DNA of 64,000 bases from Laetmonice hystrix (Eukaryota): assembly GCA_965235115.1 (NCBI GenBank), contig OZ249437.1:21204001-21268000 (forward strand), written 5' to 3'. How positions within the stretch are numbered: the first letter of the stretch is position 1; every line of letters starts with the position of its first letter. Both the position numbers and the translations under genes were made by a program. This document shows positions 26,815 through 39,030 of this stretch, one piece after another. The notes below the pieces were generated by a model. The model saw only the letters and a program-made list of their open reading frames with translations, had not been told where the DNA came from and did no database searches.

Positions 26815-27105
26815 GGGCCCGGCCCCCGGCCCCCGCCCCCCGGCCCCCCGGCCCCCCGGCCCCCCGGCCCCCCGGCCCCCCGGCCCCCCGGCCCCCCGGC
26901 CCCCCGGCCCCCAGGCCCAGGCCCCCCAGGCCCCCCAGGCCCCCCAGGCCCCCCATGCCCCCCAGGCCCCCCAGGCCCCCCAGGCCCAGGCCCCCCAGGC
27001 CCAGGCCCCCAGGCCCAGGCCCAGGCCCCCAGGCCCAGGCCCCCAGGCCCAGGCCCAGGCCCAGGCCCAGGCCCAGGCCCAGGCCCAGGCCCAGGCCCAG
27101 GCGGC
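26815..27105. repeat. GC-only simple repeat grading from (GGCCCCCC/GGCCCCC)n to (GGCCCA)n
   Basis: Direct reading. Confidence 0.93.
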
Positions 27106-29059
27106 CCGTTGATAGCGGCGGGGTCCCCATCATCTTCACTTCACAACTTGGAAACGTTGGAGTGTTTGCGGGGCCCGCTCGTACGGGCCTCTATAAATAA
27201 ATGAACAACGAACAAGGGCTTGTCAGACAACCCTCATGGGCCGGTCGCCCTTTAATCCATAAAGCATGAGCAAATGGAGGCCGTCCAGGGAAGTTTGCCA
27301 AGAGGGTCACTTCGACGAGCACTAACCTGTTAATTCGCTGAGAAAATACACTCTTCAACTACGTGCTAAACGATGGTGCGGGTGTGGGGTGCTGACAGCC
27401 CCCCCCCTCCGCCAACCCCCGCCGGGCCTGTCCGGAGTCACGCGGGGCCCCTGCCCCCCCCCCCCCCCGCGCCTTGACGCCAATCCTCTGGTCAATATTG
27501 ACTGACTCCTACCCCACGACTCCGCTATGAAATATTAAACTGGGACCACTCGTTTTCTTGTTACCAAAACTCGATCGATCACCTGTGTTACAGTGGAGAA
27601 ATGCCTCGTCGCATACTATATATATTCTCTTACATGACAGGGAGGCCTCAGTGACGTCCATAGCGTCTATATGATACCCCACTCTCTGTTTTATGTGTCA
27701 TTCCATTTGAAAGGGCAACCTAAGCGTATCTCATCAAAATTACAAAGTATATATTGGTTTTAATGTTCTATTCTTGCCACTACATTTGCCCGCTCTGCGG
27801 TGACAATACACTTCAAAGTCGGGTGGGCTGACAGTAAAGTCCCGGGGTCAGCACCTATCTAAGCCGGGGAGAAAACGTACGCCCAGGCCGAGCAAACCTT
27901 CCTGCCCCCTGGAGTCTGACTCTCATGCAAATAGCCATCTTGGAGCGATCTGCAAGACGAGAGGGCCAAACCTAGCAACTTGCTGTGAATTTCATACGAG
28001 GATTATAAAGAAGCCTGTGCATGGCCAGGTTGTTAGGTTTCTCAACCCCCGACACGGCCCGTCCGCCCACTCCCATGTAATTGCGTGTGTAGACACCGTC
28101 AAAATATTGAACCAGTCATTTCGTTTCACATGAAGTTCCTATATTGTTGCTGTTGGTGTGTGGCTGAGTGTAGAGGTCGTGTCTCGGCCGGTGATACGGT
28201 CCGCCCCCCGCCACCGACCGCCAGACTACTCGACAAGAATAACGCTCTATGTTGTATAACAAAGCGCTGAAATCAATCTCCAGTCGACAAATGCAAGCAT
28301 GTTTGATCGCTCTTGAAAGAATTGCGCGTCTTTAACGTCAACTGATATATCGGTGGGAGGCTTTTTCTTAACATTAGTCTGCCATCTTCGCTCTGCACCT
28401 CGGCCGCTGTTTGCTGACGGCGCGCTAGAATTGAAACTGCGCTGTTTGCGATACGGTGTTTGTTGCCCGCCAGGCCCGCCTTCGTTTTACGTCAATGGAT
28501 AGGTTTACCTTTCACCCACAATAACCGTTTCCCAAGTCCTAAGCTACCTACCTTTCAGTGGCACATATACCTTTACAGATCAGGTCCCAAGGCCTGTCAG
28601 GCGAACACAAATATCCAACCCCACTCCACCACCCCCCGAAAAAAGGAAAGTCTCACGCCCTTCATCTCTCAGCAAGTCGGCCCGAATCGTTTTGAGATAC
28701 AAGATAACGATAGAGTAGAATGACGATAGAGTAGAATGAGGTGATATTTGTTGCACTAATGAGACCGACTGACCTTCAAAGGTTCTGGAGACGGCATGTT
28801 ATTACAAGAGAAGTTTAACAACGATACGTTTCATTCTACAGGGATGATGTAGTTTGAGGTTAGTTTATATTCGTAGGCAGATACTGGCGTCCACTGATGT
28901 CTTTATGAGAGTGTCTTGTCCAGCGGCGTCATCTGTCATGCGCTGCTGTTTATTAAGACATGTCAAATGAATTAATAAAAACTGTGTGAATAACTTAAAA
29001 AGAGAAAACGTCAAATTCATTGTTCTTCTATAGGAGACGCTGCTTTGATATATCTTGGC

Positions 29060-29660
29060 GGCTTCTGTCTATGTATTGCTATGCCTATTGCCTATGCCGA
29101 CTACAGTTTAGTAAACAGACAGGTTTCTGTCTATGTATGCCAACCACAGTTAGGTACACCGACAAGTTTCTGTCTATGTATGCCGACTACAGTTTAGTAA
29201 ACAGACAGGTTTCTGTCTATGTATGCCGACCACTGTGTGGTACAGACAGGTTTCTGTCTATGTATGCCAACCACGGTTTAGTACACAGACAAGTTTCTGT
29301 CTATGTATGCCGACCACGGTTTAGTACAGACAAGTTTCTGTCTATGTATGCCGACCACGGTTTAGTACAGACAGGTTTCTGTCATGTATGCCGACCACAG
29401 TTTAGTACACAGGCAGGTTTCTGTCTATGTATGCCGACCACTGTTTCGTACACCGACATGTTTCTGTCTATGTATGCCGACCACAGTACACAGACAGGTT
29501 TCTGTCTATGTATGTCGACCACAGTTTAGTACACAGACAAGTTTCTGTCTATGTATGCCGACCACGGTTTAGTACACAGACAAGTTTCTGCATCTATGTA
29601 TGCCGACCATAGTTAGGTATAAACCGACAGGTTTCTGCGTATGTAAGACGATTACAGTTT
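29060..29660. repeat. Minisatellite, ~43-bp unit x~13, diverged
   Basis: TTTCTGTCTATGTATGCCGACCACAGTTTAGTACACAGACAGG repeated. Confidence 0.94.
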
Positions 29661-30981
29661 GATTCAAGGACAGGCAGTTTTTTTTGTCCCTCCTTTCCAC
29701 ATTCTCTCAATCGTTTTTAATTGCCGGACCTTTTGTCTTGATTCCTATTTATTTCCTTAGTCGCATGTCACATTTTATATATGATATTATATTTTATATG
29801 TTATCCCTGGGCCGACGATTATTGGAACAACTTGAATCGTACAGACATGATTTCAGTCACTCTACACTGGACAGTAGAAAAATAGGGAGGGAGAAAGCAG
29901 CCACGAAAAGTATACAAAACTTTCTTCTATACGTAAAGACACTGGTCCTATTCTACCCTGCTCCGTAATGCTGTCTGTAAATTATCAGGATCTACATAAT
30001 CCAGTGTATGGATGGTGTGTATTTACCGGCTGCCAGGTCTGAGGCAGTATTGTGTGAAGAGATCAGCGGTAGACCTACCTCAATCTGTCTGGTCGACGCT
30101 ACAAACTGGTAATCACCTAGGTAAATATATACATGTTGTCTGAAAGATGTGGCAAAATAAAAAGATTTACTAGTTTCAAGTTCCAGTGATTACAATCTAC
30201 CTTTGATATATATATGCCTGGCGGGAACTGCGCGTTAACTTCGTAGCGCGTTACATACGACATCAATTGAGTCAAGCTTTAAATGACTCCTACTCATCAC
30301 ATGCTAATTGGCTGCGGCGGGTGTCACCTGTTCAAATAGGGGTCGGTGTTGGGGCATCTGTTCCGCGCCTTCTGCCGCCTCTAATGGCAGTCCAGCAACG
30401 GAGGCTGATCGCATCTTTGGGGAAGCCATCCAGCCATATAGGGCCACAACAATGGGTTTGATGGCTGGAGCGACCGGCTGGCTGCTCGGCTCGGCCAGCT
30501 AACACTGATATACGCCCGCCATGGACCCTTATTATCGCACGCCGTGTTAAAGTTTCATGTGCTACACACAAAAACTTGTACACGCTTCTAAAGAGCGTGG
30601 GGCCCTGACTGAGCGCTAAACAAGATATATGTCGGTTTGAATGTCTTCGAGGTATCTCAGCTTGCCACTGGGAACAAAGGGGGGTTTGTTTGGTAACAGG
30701 CAGCCTCAATTCTAGTTTTCTTGTAAAACGTCATTTTAAAAAACTACCCGGGGTTTCATATTTCTGCGACAAATTGTCATCAACAAATTGGATTGGAAAG
30801 CCAATCCTCAGGTGGGACTGGCACGGACAAAGGTGTGGGTTGGTGGAAGACAAGGCCGCTTTGAGGACCATAACAGGTGAGAGCGACTAATAACGTGTAG
30901 GGAGGGTGCAGGGCAGTCGACACCATTGTCTGGGGGTCACAACTTGCACTGATGATGAAAAGTGAGATTGGTGGGGCGATG

Positions 30982-31110
30982 GTCAGTCGTGGGGTAAAGT
31001 TCTTGGCCCTAGCCTGAACTGGTCAGTCGTGGGCTAAAGTTCCTGCCCTGGCCGGGGGTGGTCAGTCGTGGGGTAAAGTTCCTACCCTGGAAGGGGGTGG
31101 TCAGTATGGC
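30982..31110. repeat. Incipient tandem repeat, ~39-bp unit x3
   Basis: GGTCAGTCGTGGGGTAAAGTTC at the start of three diverged units. Confidence 0.8.
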
Positions 31111-31962
31111 AGTGGTCAAGCGCGAACCGTATGGATGCCGGGGGTGGGGGAGGGGTGTCGAACCCTGAGGTGGTTATAGAGGCTCGGACTGCGACATGAC
31201 CTCCGACCTGAGGGTAGCGAGGCAGTGACCAGGGGCCCCCAACCCCACTCTCTCTCTCCAACACACACGCAACCCCAGCGCCTGACAACACACTGTCCGT
31301 TTGTAAGGCCCGCAGAGAAAAGATGTGGACACAAAAGCGCGGACTGACATGAGGAACCCAGGCCCAGACCCCGACCATGGACCAGCGACCTTGCCAACTC
31401 TAACTCTCTGATAGAGTCCACCACTTTGATATGACAGGGAAAAAATCAACATGTCCCTGCCTACAAATAAAGCTGACATTGACTGTGTGCCAGAGGTCTG
31501 TTCTAGCGGCCAGGCCGGTCGGCGAGGAGTTGGCGAACAATACCAAGATACGCTCACAACCTGGCGAATTGATAGAAAACAATAATGGTCACGATAAAAG
31601 GAGGCCAGAGGTTGTTGAACTGTGCCTGTTTTCTTTTGTTTTCATCAAACTGGGATACAAGTCGTGCCAAGCATGGTGAGGTTGTCAATGGACGGTAGTA
31701 GTAGCACCGTGACTATCACAACCCATTGCTGTCCGTCCTATGGTGGTTTGAATGAAAACTTTGCTGGCATTGAGTGGGGCTGGGTAACAGGCATCTGGCA
31801 CACAGGACTTTAGACCATGTTATGTGGGAGGTGTATAATAGCCAGCATGAGAAGTATGTCCTTTCTTGAGACCTCCGTAACCGGCAGGCATGAACCGTTG
31901 TGACAATAGTTAATGCCAGCCCGGCCTGTGGTATAAGGGTATCAGGATGGGGCTGAAGAAGT

Positions 31963-32744
31963 CAACCCTCACACTGACAATCTCAACCGTCCACTCCATC
32001 CTCAGCGACAACCCTCACACTGACAATCTCAACCGTCCACTCCATCCTCAGCGACAACCCTCACACTGACAATCTCAACCGTCCACTCCATCCTCAGCGA
32101 CAACCCTCACACTGACAATCTCAACCGTCCACTCCATCCTCAGCGACAACCCTCACACTGACAATCTCAACCGTCCACTCCATCCTCAGCGACAACCCTC
32201 ACACTGACAATCTCAACCGTCCACTCCATCCCCAGCGACAACCCTCACACTGACAATCTCAACCGTCCACTCCATCCTCAGCGACAACCCTCACACTGAC
32301 AATCTCAACCGTCCACTCCATCCTCAGCGACAACCCTCACACTGACAATCTCAACCGTCCACTCCATCCTCAGCGACAACCCTCACACTGACAATCTCAA
32401 CCGTCCACTCCATCCTCAGCGACAACCCTCACACTGACAATCTCAACCGTCCACTCCATCCTCAGCGACAACCCTCACACTGACAATCTCAACCGTCCAC
32501 TCCATCCTCAGCGACAACCCTCACACTGACAATCTCAACCGTCCACTCCATCCCCAGCGACAACCCTCACACTGACAATCTCAACCGTCCACTCCATCCT
32601 CAGCGACAACCCTCACACTGACAATCTCAACCGTCCACTCCATCCTCAGCGACAACCCTCACACTGACAATCTCAACCGTCCACTCCATCCTCAGCGACA
32701 ACCCTCACACTGACAATCTCAACCGTCCACTCCATCCTCAGCGA
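31963..32744. repeat. Minisatellite, 46-bp unit x17, nearly invariant
   Basis: CAACCCTCACACTGACAATCTCAACCGTCCACTCCATCCTCAGCGA; 782 bp = 17 x 46. Confidence 0.98.
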
Positions 32745-32813
32745 CCGAAAGCAAGATTGGAAGCCGTTCTCGTTGAAACATTTGATTTCGAGGGCTGAGA
32801 TCTTTCAAATGTC

Positions 32814-34845
32814 TTGCTTCAGTGTAACACTTATATGACTGCCTGGTCTAAGCTCATCGTGATAGCTTCAGTGTAACAGTTATGACTGCCTGGTCTAAGC
32901 TCATCGTGATTGCTTCAGTGTAACAGTTATGACTGCCTGGTCTAAGCTCATCGTGATTGCTTCAGTGTAACAGTTATGACTGCCTGGTCTAAGCTCATCG
33001 TGATAGCTTCAGTGTAACAGTTATGACTGCCTGGTCTAAGCTCATCGTGATTGCTTCAGTGTAACAGTTATATGACTGCCTGGTCTAAGCTCATCGTGAT
33101 TGCTTCAGTGTAACAGTTATGACTGCCTGGTCTAAGCTCATCGTGATTGCTTCAGTGTAACAGTTATGACTGCCTGGTCTAAGCTCATCGTGATTGCTTC
33201 AGTGTAACACTTATATGACTGCCTGGTCTAAGCTCATCGTGATTGCTTCAGTGTAACAGTTATATGACTGCCTGGTCTAAGCTCATCGTGATTGCTTCAG
33301 TGTAACAGTTATGACTGCCTGGTCTAAGCTCATCGTGATTGCTTCAGTGTAACAGTTATGACTGCCTGGTCTAAGCTCATCGTGATAGCTTCAGTGTAAC
33401 AGTTATGACTGCCTGGTCTAAGCTCATCGTGATTGCTTCAGTGTAACAGTTATATGACTGCCTGGTCTAAGCTCATCGTGATTGCTTCAGTGTAACAGTT
33501 ATGACTGCCTGGTCTAAGCTCATCGTGATTGCTTCAGTGTAACAGTTATGACTGCCTGGTCTAAGCTCATCGTGATTGCTTCAGTGTAACACTTATATGA
33601 CTGCCTGGTCTAAGCTCATCGTGATTGCTTCAGTGTAACAGTTATATGACTGCCTGGTCTAAGCTCATCGTGATTGCTTCAGTGTAACAGTTATGACTGC
33701 CTGGTCTAAGCTCATCGTGATTGCTTCAGTGTAACAGTTATATGACTGCCTGGTCTAAGCTCATCGTGATTGCTTCAGTGTAACAGTTATGACTGCCTGG
33801 TCTAAGCTCATCGTGATAGCTTCAGTGTAACAGTTATGACTGCCTGGTCTAAGCTCATCGTGATTGCTTCAGTGTAACAGTTATGACTGCCTGGTCTAAG
33901 CTCATCGTGATTGCTTCAGTGTAACAGTTATGACTGCCTGGTCTAAGCTCATCGTGATTGCTTCAGTGTAACAGTTATGACTGCCTGGTCTAAGCTCATC
34001 GTGATTGCTTCAGTGTAACACTTATATGACTGCCTGGTCTAAGCTCATCGTGATTGCTTCAGTGTAACAGTTATATGACTGCCTGGTCTAAGCTCATCGT
34101 GATTGCTTCAGTGTAACAGTTATGACTGCCTGGTCTAAGCTCATCGTGATTGCTTCAGTGTAACAGTTATATGACTGCCTGGTCTAAGCTCATCGTGATT
34201 GCTTCAGTGTAACAGTTATATGACTGCCTGGTCTAAGCTCATCGTGATAGCTTTAGTGTAACAGTTATGACTGCCTGGTCTAAGCTCATCGTGATTGCTT
34301 CAGTGTAACAGTTATGACTGCCAGGGCCCGGTTTCAGAGAGGTTAGCATGATCTTAACTTAAGCTCTGCTTAGCCTTTTAGGACCCCTGATTGGCTGGTT
34401 GAAGCTGAGCAGCAGAGGACCAGCCAATCAGGGGTCCTAAAAGGCTAAGCAGAGCTTAAGTTAAGATCATGCTAACCTCTCTGAAACCGGGCCCTGGTCT
34501 AAGCTCATCGTGATAGCTTCAGTGTAACAGTTATGACTGCCTGGTCTAAGCTCATCGTGATAGCTTCAGTGTAACAGTTATGACTGCCTGGTCTAAGCTC
34601 ATCGTGATTGCTTCAGTGTAACAGTTATGACTGCCTGGTCTAAGCTCATCGTGATTGCTTCAGTGTAACAGTTATATGACTGCCTGGTCTAAGCTCATCG
34701 TGATTGCTTCAGTGTAACAGTTATGACTGCCTGGTCTAAGCTCATCGTGATTGCTTCAGTGTAACAGTTATATGACTGCCTGGTCTAAGCTCATCGTGAT
34801 TGCTTCAGTGTAACAGTTATGACTGCCTGGTCTAAGCTCATCGTG
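32814..34845. repeat. Minisatellite, 47/49-bp units x~39, interrupted by a MITE
   Basis: TTGCTTCAGTGTAACAGTTATGACTGCCTGGTCTAAGCTCATCGTGA repeated. Confidence 0.98.
34325..34493. mobile_element. 169-bp perfect foldback MITE, PIF/Harbinger-like
   Basis: 75-bp perfectly complementary arms (34325-34399, 34419-34493) around a 19-bp spacer; GGCCC termini; inserted at the CCTGG of one array unit, flanked by CAG and CTG. Confidence 0.9.
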
Positions 34846-35349
34846 CACTGGCACGCCAGTCAACACTCGACATCAAGGTCATTTCTATAGAGCCGCTCAC
34901 GAACCCAGGAAAGGTCCATCGTATATTTATGTATGTATACACGTGCGACCTAAGTAAATTACTACCCTACAATCGTCTCCTCCTGAGACAGTTAGCGAGC
35001 GGGCAGATAAAGACCATATTTACTTCTCTATCGTGTTGGCATTGTGTTCCACTTCACAAGGGGCCAATTTTCTCCCCGCAAATTGCCAGGCTTGACTTGA
35101 ATGAGGCTGGACCCAATGACACCAGGCGACCCAGAAGGTTGGCCCCAATCTGTGCCCAGCTGATGCGATCGCTCATTCTAAACGGGACTGTGAATCAAAG
35201 TGCTGACCGAATGACCCTGAGAGTTCAATCTTTCATGGTGACATCCACACGAAACTTAGTGGTGAGAATCAAAAATTATTCTGACCCTTCCTTGCATCAA
35301 ACCTCATCTTAACTTCTGGTCACAGTCCTCAGACCTCCCCCCAACCCGC

Positions 35350-37157
35350 ACCGTACTGAATGTTACCTTTGACATGTCCACGGTAATGTGTCCGTCCAGC
35401 CAGGCCGAATGTTACCTTTGACACGTCCGGCGATGATAAACTGTGACGGATCGTGCCGTACTGAATGTTACCTTTGACATGTCCGGCGATGACAAACTGT
35501 GACGGATTTCGTGCCGTACTGAATGTTACCTTTGACATGTCTGGCGATGATAACTGTGACGGATTTCGTGCCGTACTGAATGTTACCTTTGACACGTCCG
35601 GTGATGATAAACTGTGACGGATTTCGTACAGTACTGAATGTTACCTTTGACATGTCCGGCGATGATAACTGTGACGGATTACGTGCCGTACTGAATGTTA
35701 CCTTTGACATGTCCGGCGATGATAACTGTGACGGATTTCGTACAGTACTGAATGTTACCTTTGACATGTCCGGCGATGACAAACTGTGACGGATTTCGTG
35801 CCGCACTGAATGTTACCTTTGACATGTCCGGCGATGATAACTGTGACGGATTTCGTGCCGTACTGAATGTTACCTTTGACATGTCCGGCCATGATAAACT
35901 GTGACGGATTTCGTGCCGTACTGAATGTTACCTTTGACATGTCCGGCCATGATAACTGTGCCGGATTTCGTGCCGTACTGAATGTTACCTTTGACATGTC
36001 CGGCCATGATAAACTGTGACGGATTTCGTGCCGTACTGAATGTTACCTTTGACATGTCCGGCGATGATAAACTGTGACGGATTTCGTGCCGTACTGAATG
36101 TTACCTTTGACATGTCCGGCGATGACAAACTGTGACGGATTTCGTGCCGTACTGAATGTTACCTTTGACATGTCCGGCCATGATAAACTGTGACGGATTT
36201 CGTGCCGTACTGAATGTTACCTTTGACATGTCCGGTGATGATAAACTGTGACGGATTTCGTGCCGTACTGAATGTTACCTTTGACATGTCCGGTGATGAT
36301 AAACTGTGACGGATTTCGTGCCGTACTGAATGTTACCTTTGATACGTCCACGGTGATGTGTCCGTCCAGCCAGGCCGAATGTTACCTTTGACATGTCCGG
36401 CGATGATAACTGTGACGGATTACGTGCCGTACTGAATGTTACCTTTGACATGTCCACAGTGATGTGTCCGTCCAGCCAGGCCGAATGTTACCTTTGACAT
36501 GTCCGGCTATGATAAACTGTGACGGATTTCGTGCCGTACTGAATGTTACCTTTGACACGTCCGGTGATGATAAACTGTGACGGATTTCGTGCCGTACTGA
36601 ATGTTACCTTTGACATGTCCACAGTGATGTGTCCGTCCAGCCAGGCCGAATGTTACCTTTGACACGTCCGGTGATGATAAACTGTGACGGATTTCGTGCC
36701 GTACTGAATGTTACCTTTGACACGTCCGGTGATGATAAACTGTGACGGATTTCGTGCCGTACTGAATGTTACCTTTGACACGTCCGGTGATGATAAACTG
36801 TGACGGATTTCGTGCCGTACTGAATGTTACCTTTGATACGTCCACGGTGATGATAAACTGTGACGGATTACGTGCCGTACTGAATGTTACCTTTGATACG
36901 TCCACGGTGATGATAAACTGTGACGGATTTCGTGCCGTACTGAATGTTACCTTTGACATGTCCGGTGATGATAAACTGTGACGGATTTCGTGCCGTACTG
37001 AATGTTACCTTTGACATGTCCGGCGATGACAACTGTGACGGATTTCGTGCCGTACTGAATGTTACCTTTGACATGTCCACAGTGATGTGTCCGTCCAGCC
37101 AGGCCGAATGTTACCTTTGACATGTCCGGCGATGACAACTGTGACGGATTTCGTGCA
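35350..37157. repeat. Minisatellite, 57/58-bp main unit plus an alternative ~49-bp unit, ~31 copies
   Basis: Shared anchor GAATGTTACCTTTGACATGTCC with two spacer types. Confidence 0.97.
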
Positions 37158-37479
37158 GTGTCAGGATGACCCCGGGGCAGTGGGAGATAGAACTGTTTCA
37201 ATGTCCAACCCTCGGAGTGGTCAGTGAAAGGGTGCAGGGTACAGGGTGTATAATACAGGTCCGTTCTCACGGCAACCCTCTCTGTCAGGTCCTTTAGAAA
37301 TGAGTGATCTATAAGTACTGAAGATCGGTGCGTGACCTCTGGGAGATAAAAACACACGTGGTTTCTGTAACCAACAAGTTCAGGAGACTTACAAGGTGCT
37401 CACACGACAACTGATGGTGGGGAGAGCCACCTGTCTTCATCATCTCCCACCCCCACCCTGACTTCTATATCACCGTGAA

Positions 37480-38216
37480 TGTATACCCCAGCGGACCATC
37501 TCACCACGTAACCCCCCTATATACTGCCCCCTGTATACCCCAGCGGACACTCTCACCTGGTCACCCCCCTATATACTGCCCCCTGTATACTCCAGCGGAC
37601 ACTCTCACCACGTAACCCCCCTATATACTGCCCCCTGTATACTCCAGCGGACACTCTCACCACGTAACCCCCCTATATACTGCCCCCTGTATACCCCAGC
37701 GAACACTCTCACCACGTAACCCTCCTATATACTGCCCCCTGTATACCCCAGCGGACACTCTCACCACGTCACCCCCCTATATACTGCCCCCTGTATACCC
37801 CAGCGGACACTCTCACCACGTCACCCCCCTATATACTGCCCCCTGTATACCCCAGCGAACACTCTCACCACGTAACCCTCCTATATACTGCCCCCTGTAT
37901 ACCCCAGCGGACACTCTCACCACGTCACCCCCCTATATACTGCCCCCTGTATACCCCAGCGGACACTCTCACCACGTCACCCCCCTATATACTGCCCCCT
38001 GTATACCCCAGCGAACACTCTCACCACGTAACCCTCCTATATACTGCCCCCTGTATACTCCAGCGGACACTCTCACCACGTAACCCCCCTATATACTGCC
38101 CCCTGTATACCCCAGCGAACACTCTCACCACGTAACCCCCCTATATACTGCCCCCTGTATACCCCAGCGGACCATCTCACCACGTAACCCCCCTATATAC
38201 TGCCCCCTGTATATCC
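37480..38216. repeat. Minisatellite, 52-bp unit x14
   Basis: TATACCCCAGCGGACACTCTCACCACGTAACCCCCCTATATACTGCCCCCTG repeated. Confidence 0.97.
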
Positions 38217-38896
38217 CTTCTATGCCCCAACGTGTTTCATGCCATCTCCTGACATCTTCATGTACACCACAATAAGATTTTATTTAGCACGTTGTGATTG
38301 TAGGTTGATAAATTAGCACGTTTTTGGTCTTCTAGGTTAATTGTTGATGAAGTGTATCTTAATTATCTAGGTTAATATGAATCGTGCATTGTAACGTATA
38401 TTGGATATTCCTCACATTCCTCTGGCTGCAAATAATCATCCATGAATTGACCTATATAATCATATTTCACACTATCTGTGTATACCTTTGCAAGCTTTGC
38501 CTTATATTATTCAAGTGAATATAATGCCTTGAATATATGTCAAAAATATAATGTACTTTATGCATTTTGCATGTAGCCAGAGTACATCTTTCATAAAACT
38601 ACAATAGGTGTATGATCGCCCGGCTATCCATGTAAATAGTAATACATAAATAGTAAAGTTACTTCTATTCATTTCATTGATGCATAGAAAGTGAAAGTAT
38701 GTTTCCAAGTCTGTTTACCGGTTTGTCCCAACACGGAGGGGCGTACATATATTAAACATATGTATGCATTAGGTATGAGTTTACATATGAATGGATGCGT
38801 GTATGTAGGCCTATACACACAGGGACGTATCAATATATTTGTATTTTCCGTGTTATTTACTTGGCATTTGTCCTCAGAATTTAATGCATGAGTAGA

Positions 38897-39030
38897 TGTG
38901 AAAACTCACAGATAGGTCGGGGGTTGGGGAAGTACGTGTATGTTTACCGATACAATTAAATGTGAAAACTCACAGATAGGTCGGGGGTTGGGGAAGTATA
39001 TATACGTGTATGTTTACTGATACAATTAAA
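38897..39030. repeat. Two-copy tandem duplication of ~60-70 bp
   Basis: ATGTGAAAACTCACAGATAGGTCGGGGGTTGGGGAAGTA…GATACAATTAA occurs twice. Confidence 0.85.

Noticed and set aside
30429-30469. pre-miRNA-like hairpin (TCCAGCCAT…ATGGCTGGA)
   Set aside because: Only a 9-bp clean stem, too short, and no match to any miRNA I recognise.
35350-37157. CRISPR-like repeat-spacer appearance here and in the hairpin-bearing 35-bp array
   Set aside because: Spacers are not unique, there are no cas genes, and the context is an intron-containing animal locus.
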